Of a stretch of 64,000 nt of DNA, positions 25,301 to 39,800 are shown piece after piece (the stretch's first letter is position 1; the number at the start of each line of letters is the position of its first letter). Source of the DNA: Raillietiella orientalis (Eukaryota); NCBI GenBank assembly GCA_036172245.1, contig JAYWIR010000043.1, positions 1,550,001 through 1,614,000 on the forward strand, in the 5' to 3' direction. Under the pieces are notes generated by a model. The model searched no databases, was not told the DNA's origin, and saw only the letters and a program-made list of their open reading frames with translations. Made by a program: the position numbers and the translations under genes.

Positions 25301-28300
25301 TCATATACCAATATTACTCGACATCTCTGCATTTTAAGATCATGTTATCAACTGATTTTCATGTGCCAATTCACGATGAATAAGAAAAAAAACGCGCACA
25401 CACTTTTTAGAGACTGTAACGGATAAGACGAAACCTTTCTCATCTTCTTAGTTGTTCAGCTTATTCTGGACTTCCTTTACTTTGAGTTTCAACCACCGCA
25501 GGCACCCATTAGCTAAAGTCTTACGCGCTGTTCATCTTCTGCTTCATTCTGAAGAGTGTTGAATGCTTGGAACTATAAAAATCACATGGTCACTGAGTCT
25601 TCAGCTTTGATTTCTAATCGCAACTTTTTTTCCTTTTCGCAAGGGATTCTAAGTAGACGATTCCTCAGCTATCCATAGAGGTATGGTATCTTATGGATGA
25701 CATCTGCCACCCATAAGTCCCTATTTTTGTTCTGGTGCTATGCTTCCTTCAAGCTGTCTGCTCACAATTCAGCAGCAATCAGAGCATCGAGAAGTAACAT
25801 CTCTGTGGTGAATTTTTCCGCTGGTGACCCTTCCAAACATTCCCGGCGTCACATTGTGTCACCCATCTATTTTGCTTCTTGGTTCTTACCTCCAATAGTG
25901 CCAGTTCCAGCGATTCCATTTAGTTGAGAGTCTGTGTTCCTCCTAAGTATCTGAGCCTGAAAGTTTTTGCGGGGAGATATTAGTGGATTCGCTGGATGAG
26001 AAGATTCATAAGCGCAGAATATGTTCCGTGTCTTTGTGACAAATGTGGGAGGTCATGAGTGCAGATACATCTTTCGAAAGTTTGTGATACTGGAATGAAT
26101 GGTCTGTTCCTCACGAAATAAATTTCCGAAACGAGGCTTATCAATGTGGTTGTGACGCTCCGTGGAAAATACGAAGGCCTAACGCCTTCATTCTCAGTGT
26201 GGATTTCTGCAACTGATCTTTTAATTCCTTTACTTATTTTATGATCAGTATCTTGTTTCTTTTTTCCAAGAGAGACTGAGACCCATGTGAATACCATGAT
26301 TGAGTTCTTCCTACCAGCAAAGATTCTTTACTCCCATAGAGTCTAGTAACAGAGATGGATTGCTATTTTTTTCCCGAAGAATATTTATCACTTTTATTCA
26401 TCCGCCTTAGTAACTCGGTTTTCGGAAGAGTGTGAGCGGGATGTGTTCTGTCCGCAAGACTGCACACAGTGATGGATGGATACCTAAGCGGGTAGCAATC
26501 ACGGGCAACAGATGTGATGGGAAAATCACCGTGGGTTCAGTTTCAGGAACCATCTTGCTCTAGTTACAGCTCTCCAAGTGAACCCTAACCCTAGGTGGAA
26601 CACTGGCCTTCCTCCTCCCTGATGCACCAATCTTCATTTAATTGGTCTCTGCGATAGCCATGGTCTATCCACCCCATGTCTTTTCCCTTTCGAATAGGGG
26701 GGTCATATGGGAAGAGAAACCAAATTTCAGGGGTGTTACAATTCATTCAAGCGGAGGATGGTGAGTTTTTGAGAAAGAGAAGAACAGCGTTCTGAACGAA
26801 CCCCGTTTGTTTTTGACCCGTCTTCAGATGTTGCGTCGTGGTTCTACAAGAACTGAAGATAAAATGCGTCTTATCTTGGGGAGGGTGAGAAATGGGCTCG
26901 AAATTCGGTTCATCTTTGAGGGAGCTGCGTCGTCCAGTTCAAGAACGTCCATCAACGTTTCGCTTCCTGAAGAAACTGCACGGAAATTCCACAATCCCAC
27001 TAGAGCAGTCACTTGGGAGGGACCGAGAGTGGCGAGATCTGGGGATCGTTTCTGGAAGAGCTCGGAAACGGAATTTGGAAATCATCCAGATTATCTTATG
27101 AAGACGGAACCCTTCTAAGTTCAGTCTTCGATTCCTCTTTCAAGTCCTTCTCATTACTAGTTGATGCGAACACATCAGGCCTTCTCCAAGCGCTTTTAAA
27201 GAAATGCGAACTCCGGGAACGTTCGGTCGGTGGGAACCGAATTCGGAACTCTTCTTGTGCCTCCCGCCCGACGTCACCTCATTCTGCATGCCTCCAAGAA
27301 ATCCTCATCCTTCCGCCCGAGATTTCCCTTTCTCAACTTCACTCTTGGAAGAACTGCTTCAAGAGCTCAGTCAGGAATGGAGGACGAGTGGGGATTTTTT
27401 CATTTCTCGACCTGCACACCACCACGTTCGAAACCTCTTGTTTCCTCTTCTGCATGGAAATCCATGAAGACATTCGACTCGTAAAGGTCTTCTCACTTTT
27501 GATCCTTCATTTCGCTGGTCCAGCTTGATTTTGAAGAGTGTTGGGTGCTCTGAACTCCATCATGTGTAGCTTCCATGCAATTCGTTTCCATTGCAAAAGA
27601 AAGTCGGAGCCAAACATTTCAAGATAATCAAGAAAGAAGAGATCAGAGGTGTGAGCCGTAGGAAAGGAAGGCTACAGGTTATCTGATCAAGACAACAAAA
27701 TGGGTCCCCGATTTGACTGGAAAGGAATGATAGGGAACACCTGACAGAGGAGAAAATCTCGTGAGCCATCTTCTTTGCCCTTTTCCAGCTGAGGCTTCCC
27801 TGCTGAGAAGTAAAGGATCTCTTCACTCCTAAACCTTTCTCAAGCAGCATGGGCTCTTGAAACGAACAGGGCTCACTCTTGTTGTTTATTTCGTATTTAT
27901 GCATCATTAGCACTAATCATGCCACGCTGCACCCCTAAAAGAAACTGATTGGGATCCCTGAGAAGCATCAGATTAGGATTACAATCAAATATCGGGCAAA
28001 GTTCGTAGTTTGTGCATGTTTCTCAAATAGCCCTCCGAGGTGTTCTCAAATGGTCCGATTACAACGGATGCTGCAATCCTCGCAATCTCGCACAGTTTCC
28101 AAGAAAGTAGCTCGTACTCCCTCAATATCCTCCCTTGGATTCTGTGTTCCCGATGAGGCACGCCACTCGGTGGTTTCCTCTCCACAAAACCCTTTCAGTT
28201 AGTGGAACAGCGTACCTGGAAGATAAAGCCGCCGGGAGGAGGCCGAGAATCTTTTTTTTTCATCTGGTCTTGAATGGTCATTATGCGCGCCTTGAAAAAA

Positions 28301-29381
28301 AAAAGGAAAGGAATGCTGCCGTTTGGTTCTGTACTTCCGGTAACGAAGCAACACACGGCTGCTTGGATACTCTTCTCACTAATATTGTAATATTGTTTCA
28401 CTGCTCCGATTTATATCCTCGCTCCTGGAAAATCTTTCAAAATCACATCCCTGCTTATGAAATTTTTTTTTCTGCGAGAGGCCGATTCCACCCTACCGGG
28501 GACTCCTATCTGTAAGAGAATACTTAGAAAGCCCATTCATTCCTTCCGTCTGGTCCATATTGATTTCTTTCATCAATTGCTCTTGAATGCTCCACCATTC
28601 TGTTGATCCAGATTGGATGCAGTTCACGGATAAAATTTCTTTGTTAAAGTGCGTTTGAAATAATTTCCCCTCAAAGCCTTCCTGCTGGAGATGTTACTGG
28701 ATGAGAGAAGTTCTGCATGCATGTCTGCTTAGTGCGCCGTCTCGCTTTTCTCAGCTTTCTCAGGAGCCTGAAAACAATCCCAGAATCGGGACACAATCTT
28801 CCTCAGATGGATGGTTTCTTTTTCGTTTCTCAGCTGCGCTCTGGTTCCGAGCTTGAGCATCTCTCCACGCGCCGACTCGATGGCATTCTCCTGCGAAGGA
28901 GTGAGACCACCTGTCTCGCGGTTGTGAAAGAAGACGAACACCTTCTGGGGGAACTAAGTATCAGTTTCCCCATTCTGTTGCCTGCCCTCGATCCCCATGC
29001 TGAAAATCTAATGGTTCCACATGAAACTCCTTCTCATCTCGTTTCGGAGACTGCTCAGTCACGTCTTCCATGCAGTTTGAAATCTGTGCTTTGTTTCTGT
29101 CCGTACGAGAAGCCCTTCTGCTGTCGAACAGTTCCTTTTCTTCCTCATCCTTTCCTTAAAGAGCTTCCTCATGACGTGTGTTTCCGTCACATCTCCCTCG
29201 AGCATTACAGACTCTGCGAACGGCGGAATGCCGCACTTCCGTTTTGCGAGGAAAGGCAACACTGCCTCTGACCAGTCGGTATCCGGGGCAGTTTCGGTAT
29301 GAATCCTAGATCTGACGAATGGAAAGATCTGCTGGAGCAGCCAGTAATCCTGAAACGAAGCTCCTCTATTTGAGTGTTGGA

Positions 29382-29415
<34 letters not shown>

Positions 29416-30758
29416 TTTTTTAGGCATGGTTCCTGTTTATTCGATTCCTTTTCGTTCCCTTGGCGAGAGTGCATGGCTTGCCCTTTCCTATTTCCGAGGG
29501 TGGACAAGAAACATCGGGAAGGCACCTTGGAGGAATTTGTAATCTAAACGGAATGCACACTTTTTGCTTCCTTGGAATCCCGGAATCTGCCTTGAGATCT
29601 GGGAAGCAATTTTTTTTTTTTTTTCCCCTTCCCTCTCCATGCCATGCCATGTTTGCTCTAATCCTGGTGTCGTGGATGCCCGCAGACTGCTTCTCTTAAG
29701 AAAACCTCTGCCGCCCTTTAGCTCGATAAGAACTCCGAGCAAGAGAGACTTCCTTAATGCCAAGTTTCCAGAGCCCCACTAACCAGTTGAACGAAATTTC
29801 TTCCCCCTTTCACTCTCCTCCTCGCATCTTTATAGTTTGTTGCAAAAGCAGGGTCGCGATCGCACTTTTCATACGAGCGCCTGCAGCCGGGAAGTGGCAT
29901 CTCCGCTGTGGCATGTGGGAGTTCCTTCTACTTTGCTTATTTTCTGAAGAGCAACATAAAGCAGAGCTTGAGGGTCGCCACCCTCCGCAATGGGTGGAGT
30001 GCGAACCACCTCGAATCCCTCATCCGACGCCTCCGTTCCATTTCATTTCCCGAGCATATGCCCACCCCGGGATGAGCAAATGCAGAAATTCCTCCACTCT
30101 TGGCTTCCCTCTGATTCCCTTTGGCAGCAGAGGAATCTGATTGACATCACTGCTGGATTGATTACCTTATGGCTGCTCACATTGCTCATTTCAGAAAAGA
30201 AAGCACTTCTATGGGAAGCCTATCTGAAACCTTGGACCTTCCAGCTCATCCATTTGTATCTGTCATTTGATTTCTGGACAGCCTTTCAGCAGGAGGAAAA
30301 TGCAAGGCCTTTCTATTTGTGGTTTGCTATAGGAACCAATTAGAAGGAAAGAGAGCTCCGCCTTCCATGGGGCATTCTGGAGTCTTAAGGAATGGTTTCA
30401 AGACATCAGGAGCGAACATCCCCTTTGCTGTTCCTTGGATTACGAATTTTGCCTGCACAGGAACGCGCTACAATTCCCAAGGCTTCGGGTTCAGATTTGC
30501 CAAAAGTTGATTTCTCTTTTAGTTTTAGTCGTTCCCCTTTGGCAGATAAATCTCAGGAAAGGGGGATCCGTTTTGTATTCCCCGTGAAGCCCATCTGAGG
30601 CATTAGGAAGAACGATCCAGACGGGGAAAATTCAGCTTGCTTTGCAAATGAAGCCTAGAGGCACAACGATCTTGCTAAACATAAGTCCGCCCTATCCTCC
30701 CCACCCTGCGATACTTCCTCGACATTCGGTGGCTTCCACAAGTCTTCTAGAAATTCAG

Positions 30759-30808
<50 letters not shown>

Positions 30809-33800
30809 AAAGGAATCCCCCAAAAGTCGGAAAGGCAGCAAAATTTGTACGGTCGCGCAAATCTTTCGCTGTTCCTGGAGATCAGCCCGCGTAGGGTCCG
30901 TCGGTCCGCGGAAGTATCTGTTGATAATTAGCTGTAATCATCGATAGTCTCTGGAACTAGGGATCCGTCCAGCATCAGCGGCTCTGGGACCAGACGTGTG
31001 TGACCTCCGCTTGGAATTAGGTGGCCGCACGCCTTCGGCGAGGAAGGTGGCCAACTCGGGTCGAAACGCTCGGTAAGAGATCTCTCTTACGTGGCAACTC
31101 GCAAGGGATGCGTCTCGAATGCGATGTAACGAAACAACGGGAGTACGCATGCCGATCGATCCCAGCTTCCGTGAACTTCTTTTGTGAGTCTTGCCTGCGA
31201 TCAAGATGAAAGCGCCCCTCATCGCAGGTTGGATCCTTCCAGCGGAAATTCAGGGAAATCGAATCTCCTATCTCTTCGCTGACTCGTGACTTGCAGGACT
31301 CTCTGCCGCCACGGTGCTCGTAGGTCGGGCATTAATGACGAGTGTCAGTTATGAGCTTTGAAAGCAAAAGGGACGCTCAGGAGCGACTCGTCGCCGAGTG
31401 CTGGCTGAGTTGGAAAGTGGAGTGAAAATACACGCAGCCACCATTTTGAGAGTTTTGGAACAAAACATCCTCTGGCGAAGACACCGAACATTCTTCGTTC
31501 CCTTACATTCGGTGTGCAAACACTTTTTTCCCCACAACGGGCAGTCGAAGACTCGTCCGTTTGCACGTGAGGCAACCATTAGGCAGCTGCGGATGGAAAT
31601 GTTCATGCATGCCGGTCGTGATGATATGGACCATAATATGGCGAAGATAAAACCGACTCGCCATCAGAGCACCTTTCATCGGAAAAAAATGAAACCGAGG
31701 GCGATGAAATTTCCATCGGATCCCTCCACTATCAAATGATACTCCGTGCTTTCCCTACAGCTCTTCACCTTCTGTTCTCGCATTCCATCTTCGAAATCCG
31801 TTTTACTTTCTAGAGTAGGAAATTGTCATCATCGGTTTCATTACACCTCGGCACTTGGGTCTCCCCGCTCGTTTTTATTGCAAGTTTATTGAGGTCCTCA
31901 CTTTTTCGAGTGGCGCCCATTCCCCTCAACGTGTATCGCATGGGTTTGCGCATCGCGAGCGCCCTCCTCTCTGATCTGAGCTTCCGAAAGCTGGAAGAAG
32001 CTTTGGTGTTATCCCTCTCCTCCGAAAATCACCCGAGAAGAGAAGAAATCAGGAAACAGATGATGGAATCGATTCGCAACTTGGAGTTCCGGTTGCCGTT
32101 TTCTAACTCCCCTCCGTCTTTCCCGAACTCATACCGAACTTCCCGACTGATCTTGGTGTTCAGTCACTAAAGGAATTCCTTCCCAGCAGATGGAGCAGTC
32201 TTTAGGAATAGGGGTGTGCATCCCGGGGGACCGAACGCAGACAACGTATCCGTGATTAAGGAAATAACAGGTGTTCCAAATTGGCTCGTCATCTTGTGGT
32301 GCTTCTCGATCCCACGTGGCATAGCCTGGTGTTCGATATCCCCGGTGTTCATGCCGCCACTCCTGCCTGAAGTTGGCGAGAATGACGTTCTCTTATTTGC
32401 AGCTCTTCCGGACTCTCGGCTGAGACCTCGGAGGTTACGCCTTCGGCTCGGCCGTCCACTTTCCCATTTCTGCTCCTTGGGGAACTGTTTTCTCACCGAA
32501 CTCCGAACCGAAGCGCAGATTCCTTGCGTTAGATCGAGGACTCACGTTCGTGGCCAGGACGTCGTGTCCTTTGCTCGACTCGTGACCGATCTCCGCAAGG
32601 ATGGCCGGTCGTCAGTGGCGACGTGATGATCTCGAGCGTCATTCAGCCACCCGCATTTTAAGTGCTCATATTTTCAGCATCCAAGCAAAAATGGATGCGT
32701 GCTGTATAAATCATCGCTCCATGAAATGGAGATGCCATTCCGATTGCTTCTGTTGCATTTATTTATCTTATTAAATGCCTGAGACTTGGCTACTCGAGAG
32801 CCATCCGAGGGAGTTCCGCAAACTTTCGCATCCCGGATGTTTTAGCGAAAAAAGCAATACAGCTTTATGTTCCAAATAATGGAGATGTGCAGCTCCGGGA
32901 AATGCAAACTGTTTCAACTCTTCAAGGAGTACTCGAGTCCTCTTGCCTTATCAATGTTAGAGAAGTGACTGGAGACAGGAAAAGACGTGATGCTTTCGTG
33001 GGGATGAAAAATGAAACAGTGGGGAAGGGCGGGGGGGGAGGAAGGAATCAAACGGCTCCTGGGATAGAATCCTGGTTATGGTGCTACGAGGCTTAGATGT
33101 CAAATACATTCAATCCAAATGATATCATTTCTACGGAATTGTATTTTCTAGAGATGAATTCTAGGAAACTGAAAAAGAAGTTAATTAACGTCACCGTGAT
33201 CGAAAATCGATAGTACAGTTTATGGTGAGTACGAAAGATACGACCTCTCTTCGATTCGAAAACAATCCGTGTTATCGAAAAAGACCGATCCATGTTTGTT
33301 CTTCTGCGACTCAACTGCACCATCGCGATGTCATCCGCACTGTCAGCTCCGTTTCCTTAACGATATGATTTCTTATCGACATTGGGAAAACTATTGCTGT
33401 TTACTCCCTTCAGTCACATTTCCAGAAGCGTTTCATACTCGCGCTGGAATTTCTCTGCCTCGCTTTATCGCCGAATCGGATTAGATAGCAAGAATTCCCG
33501 GAAAGAGGTCTTTGCTTGCGAACCCGGATCGGATGGAATCGTCTATCCAGGAGTGGTGCTTTCGGATCTCGCGAGGGGAAAAAGGACTTCTCCTTGCGAC
33601 TCCTTGGCCTTCCGGTAGGACAAACTTCGCAAGGAGCAGTGGGAGGACCGTTCCCCTACGGCACTTTGCGGTTCCCCTCTGTATCAACCAGATCGAGCGT
33701 CCCAGTTCCCGTCGCAGCCGGCGGGGGTGCGCCGAGTCCAAAAGGGGTGCGCCGATGGTCCCTCCTCACGAGCTCGTCGTCCCGCGCGGGTCCGCCGCGA

Positions 33801-36800
33801 CCACCCCACCTGTTCCCTGCAGGGGGGAATGCGTCCACCAGATTCATCCCCCTCCCCCCTCCTTCTTGTGAAACGGGACTCCGCCATCACGCAAATAAGC
33901 CTGAGGCAGAACAGAACGCATCGATTCCGTTTCTCAGTTTCGACGTGGGATTCCTTTTCTTTTTTTCCCCCCCCCCCCCCCACCGGAAACCGCTTTCCGG
34001 CAGCAACTCTGCGAAGATTCTTCACAGTGTACACGTCACTCTGAGACCTTGTTCAGTGTGACGTAATCGTGCTTGCATGCTGAAACCGAAAACCGTCGGT
34101 CATCGTCCGTGCTTGCCCTCCCGCCAGTTTTCGACGCCTCTTTCAAAATCGTCTGCACTTTCACTGGAATCCACCAAGCTGCAGAACATTCTGTACATTT
34201 GTGATGTCTGTAAATTGATGCGCATCCAAACTCTCTTTTCGAGGTTGCATTTTGCATCGAAGCGATGCCACGAGAACATACCACACACCATCATGCGGTT
34301 AAATGAAAGTCAGCTGGGCATACTGAGGTCCTGTAAAGTATATTGGTATCCGTTCTTTCATCGTTTGCACTTTGGTTTGATCATTCGTGTGCGTTAGATG
34401 CTGGTGACAGATGAGCGAGGCCTCAACTCTCTCCCTGAGATCCGAGACCCCTATCCGGCAATGGGTGTAATGACTACCTACTTATATAGTTCCCTAGTTG
34501 AAAAGTCCTTGTATCGGAATGCATGCAGATTTAAAATGTGTGTGGCACACAGTGTTTAAGTGTGTTTTGAATAATACGCATTCCTGCATACCCATGTCCG
34601 AATTCAGTATCTGCTTACGTAAGCTCCTCGCACGTAACATATAATAAACGGGAAATCTGCACGGTCTGCATTGCACATCGGTGAACGCCACGTGGGTGCC
34701 GCGGTGTTAACAGCAGTGCGTGTGTCCCGGTGTCCGCTTCCCACTTGATCCAAAAGCTCCCGAGGGATCGGGAACACCCCGGTGACACGGAACCAGTTTC
34801 TTGAAGTAGGGGGGCTCGCCGGAGCACGGGATCTCGGTTCCGTTGATTTGGAGCAGATGGTGGACCGATCGTTGCTTTTCCTTCATTTCTGTAATCACTT
34901 GCAGGTTTCGTGGATACGCCACAGAGATGTACATATTCTATCGTCTGGCCCTGAGATCTACGTTACCGATAGGAGGTTCAACATCTATTACGATGGTGAC
35001 GGAGACACATGGACCCTTAACATAAAATACGCCCACGTAGACGATTCAGGGTATTACGAGTGCCAAATCAGCACCCTCCCCATCCAGAAACAGCTGTTCA
35101 GGTTGAATGTCATAGGTAAGTCCTTTTCCTTCCTCTTCTGCAACCGGGAAGCGGGACCGGTAGGAGGATCAGTTGAAAGTCACACAGCGAGCAGGGTTGC
35201 CACTTGACAATGGAGGAAAAGGAGTCTCGCCTCGTAGACATTTCTGTAAGCATGTGCTGTTGCGTGGTGAAGTTCCCACAAGAGAGCAGCCAGACAGTGC
35301 TGAGAAGGATTTTTTCCTTTCTTTCCTGCGAAGCATCTGCGGTATTGGACCAGAATGGAAAAGGCATTTTGATGGACATCAAATGATCGGATGTGTCCGC
35401 AACTGCGGAGCCTTGAATGCTTTGGACGGCCTCTCTTTAGCACTGACGCATGTCATTGAGTGTATCGAGGAGCATATCTCCACCGAGGGAAACATCTCTT
35501 ATGAATAAGAGAAAGTGTTCGAGAGCAATTGATCTTTCCGCACTTTGCATCCCTTCTCTTTCCACCTCTCTTTTTTCATCAGAAAAAAGCAATGTTTTCT
35601 CTTTGGTTTTACAATCTCAGGAAGACTCCTTTCGGAACAGATCTATTAATCCGTCAGATGACTTTATTAAAGCTCTATTAAGCCTTCCCTTCGTGGGAAC
35701 AGTTCGTTCTTTCAAATATTCATTCGGTTCCGACTAATTAATGAATTGCTTTCTCTTGATCCATCAGGAAGATAATCTCACGTATCCCCCTGGTAAGCAA
35801 TCTCTGCCCTATCCTTGTTATCTGCTTTCGTGCAGCCTTGAACCAAGTGAATCAACGTGTAAGAAGAGATTCTCATTTAGAATGGGAACTTTTGTTAATG
35901 TATTCGATGAAACGGCGGGCTGGAAGAACCGTAATCTCAGAAGAAAAGCAAAAGTTTCAAAGAACTGCACTGGTCCTTATATCTGCGAGCATCTTTCCTA
36001 GCGGATGCTTTCCCTGGCTTCTCATGTGAGGATGAAAGGGATGCGAATGCGATTCTGTCCTCACCTGTCACGCCTGTGTACCTCACACATGAGCTGCGAG
36101 GTGCCCGGTTTCCATTCCGAGTCCTGCAGTTCCCGCCAGAACCCAAGTCCTCCTGTTCCCTGTCACGCCGCAGGGTTTCCGTGTGCCCGCGCGCATCCCC
36201 TCCTTCCGACGGATTCGTAGGTATCGGAGTTCGAAGTCAAAGTGACGTGGGTGGCTTGCAGGAATTTACCACGGAATTGTCAAAAAGGTTCCCTTTCTCC
36301 GGGAGACGTAGCCCTCCTGAGCAGCACCGGCGGCTGTGGTGGTGAACTAAAAAGTAACCCCCCAATCAATTAAGAATTGTGCATTTTCGCTTTGTCTTCC
36401 TCCCCTGGGAAGGGATGCCTTTTCCTCCCTTCCCTTGGATACGTGATTCTGGCGTGATAGGCAAAATATCTCCCGAACGACACTTCCTTTCGCACCTCGC
36501 TTATCATCAGCAGACACGACAAAAGACATCATTCAATCATAAAGATCCTCGTTATGCTCTCTTGTGCAGACAGGACGTAGTCGTTTACGAACTCAAGCTA
36601 GTGTTCCGGGAATCACGCCGTCCTCTCAATCGGTGTCATCTTGGTTAATGCATTTCCAGATTTCCGTCTCGTATCAGAAGTCCTGCTGTCACTAACGACC
36701 GTGTTAACGACTCCTGCCATTCATCTTCGCACATTCTGCTTGATGGTCCTTTCGAGCACCTTCTTCTTTTTCGCCTTCCAGCAGGTTGCGGCGTTCTCGG

Positions 36801-39800
36801 GATTCGAAGACCCTCCATCAGAGCCCAACTCTTAGCAAAGAACCGATGTCCTCGTGACACGTGGGCTAATCCAGATTTCACGAGGCGTCTGTGTTTGCGT
36901 CCCACGGCATCCGTCAGAAACTCAGTCCCGTAACCCTCCCCCACTTTCCTTGCCAATGTAGCCAAAGTATGCATTGCGCTGCTCCGTTTTCTTTTTCCGG
37001 GATCGAACTCCATTCTCCATTGCCCATTCGTTTTTCAACTTGTTTTTGTTTCTGTGGTAAGCATTACCTTTGACCTCAAGTGCATTCTTTCACGCGGGCA
37101 GGAGAAGGAAGTCGAGTCCTCTTTATTGATCAGTTTATTAGAGTGAGTTGTTGCCCAAAGAAATTTTTCCTCAGGAGGTTGACACATCTTCCATAAGCAG
37201 CACTGCATCCATCATTCAAGCATTATCCTTTTTCGTGCTTCCTCATCACTCATCCTTTGTTGAATCGCTAGAAATCAAATAAATTTTCTCTTCTTTGATT
37301 CTTCTGGATGCCTGGACCCTTTTATTTCCGTCACGTGAGCTTTCTGCCTTGGCTTCAAGTTCGACTCGATAACGAAACTTTTCAAGTGCATTTGATTGAT
37401 TCCGATCAATAGCTGACCTTCAATATTCAAGAGAGCAGCGGCTACTAAAGAAGAAGAGCTGAAGAAAGACCCAGCGGAGTAGCGACAGAAGACTAGGAAA
37501 AAAAAATCTTTACCTTTGAGTCTTTGATATACATCAGTGACTTACGATGGTAAGACGTGGAGTAGAGAGCAGGATTTTCAATGGGCTGCAGGACGGTGGG
37601 GCCGCCTTTCACTGCTGACTGTTCAGCATGCGCTACATAAGATTGAAAAACAGCTTCTTCATCTGCTGAAGTTTCGTGGGCTTCCCGGCCATCTGATGCA
37701 CTTTTCTTAAATCTTCACACAGGTCTCATGTGGGTTTTCTTATCTCGTCCTCTCATGCTGCTCTGGTTTTGTGCATCTCCTGCTAAAAGATGCTTCGCTC
37801 TTTCACGAAGTTTCGTCGAAAGGAGAGTTTCCCTCAGTTTCTCTTTCATCCGGAAACCTCCACATCGCCTAACATAGCCTTTCCTGTGAGCTCCCACGCA
37901 CATGGAGATTCGGCGTGCTCGTGGCACAACGGCTTTCGTGTAGTTCAGCCCTGTACGCGAAGCCCCAGACCCTCAGCGGAATGTGAACAAAGGGCGAGCC
38001 TGAACTTTCGGAATCTCCGGATGGCCTTGCGAACAAGGAGTCCTACCCTTCCCTCTCCCCTTTGTGTTCCTGTCATCGAACACCTAATCCCTCACAGTGC
38101 GCAGCGTTTTCTCCTCCACCTCCCTGTTTGCCGCTTTCACGATCTCCATCTTTTGGCCCGTACTTTCTTGCTTTGTACACATCCACAGCCACGCTCTCCT
38201 TTGTGCTGCTGCCGCCTGACGCGTGTCTTAGGACACATGCGCCAGACAAGAGCGAGCGTGCGCATCCACGTCTAAGCAGGAAGAACTGTTTGGTCTGTTC
38301 CTGGACTCCTGATCCATCGCCGGGAGCGCCCGTTGCTGCGATGCGAGTCTTAAAACTAGGAGCGGCATTGGACTTTCGTCTTCCGTGCTGGCTCCGCCAG
38401 ATGTAGCAGGTTGCTTCTGCTTGCCCGCGCTGAGATGAAAGTTTCTTTTCTCTGAGTCGGTTCCTTCCTTTCCTCATCTATTCCTGAGCCACAACTTTTA
38501 CGAGCGCTTTGCTACTGACTGAATCTTTACGCCTCCATTGCGGGCTTTCAGCATTAAGGAAAAATCGCCCATCTGCCGAATAACGATTTGGAAACCTTGG
38601 AGATTTAGAGATTAAAATTTAGAAAATTTCTTTCGGAAAGAGAGTTCAGTGTTGCGCTCGAAGATCTTTTGAAGACACAAGAGGGACTCCTTTCCGGGAG
38701 ACTGCAACTTTTGTCTTCCATCACCCGACAAGTTTGTTTCAATAACTGCAACCTGCTCTCTCGCACTCCAGAACGTTGAATCATCCTGTGAGTTCCCATC
38801 CTTTTGACCGTGGAGATTTCCGTGAAGATGGCAGGTCTTCTGCGACCTTCGCTATCTACTCTCGTGGGAAAACTTTCGGCGACGCCCCTGCTCCCGTAGC
38901 CCAGTATCCGGCTTTCCCATTCGTCCAATTTTTTCACTGGCTTCTATCTCCCAGCCGGCTAATGATTTGGTCGAGTTAATGAACTCCGCGCTACCAGGGC
39001 GATGCCAGAAGTTTCCGAAGGCCGAAACAACGGTGTGCAATCCATCTTCGAATTTTCTCATTTCTACCTAATGAAGACAGCGCCACGAAGAGTACGCGAT
39101 GTACTCTCCCAGCATCCTTCTTGGACCGTTCAGCCGCGAGCGTCAACCACCTGAAAGGCACACCTTCCATGGTAACTTGTGGTTCCTAAAGCTGAGGACG
39201 GCAGTCGAAGCCACTTTCGCGACGCGAGTGGGAAAACAGGGATATCAGGTGCAGGATAAAAAGGAAACGGTTGCGAAAATTCCTCGAGGTTCATGCAGAT
39301 GTTACATTTGATTTTTGAGAACAGCCGTTCCTGTATAGGGTGGCGCTTGAGGAACGTATAGGACGGCACCTCAAATCACTGGTAATTCATCGAGAGCGGG
39401 TCGGCCCACTCTCACAGGATCTCTTGCAAATAAGGTGGTCGCATGGATGGAACCGGTACAACCGGGAAATAGAAAGATGGAATGGTGGTAAATGAGGCGC
39501 ACCTTCTGCCTCCATCTTCCGGAAGGGATCTCAGAGATTTGGCCAGTGCTGAATTCCTTTGCCTCCGGCGAAAGTGAAATTCCCTTGTGCTGCGTTGCAA
39601 ATTTTTCCCTTCTTTCAAGAAGAATGGGGAGGAGGGCACCCGCAGGACCGCCTATTCGCCGCACGTTCACCTTTTCACACCACCGTTTCCTTTCAAAGTA
39701 GAAGATCACATCTGTGAGCGGCGATCCCCTCCAAGAACTGAGGTCGGCTCTTGGCGAAGACGGAAGACGAAGGTCCTGATACGGGAAACCTGGCTTCTTG

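Noticed and set aside
38650..39060. L1-like KKLDEWESRILGYGSR (minus strand)
   Set aside because: Suggestive of an L1 RT C-terminal segment but too weak to call without a search.
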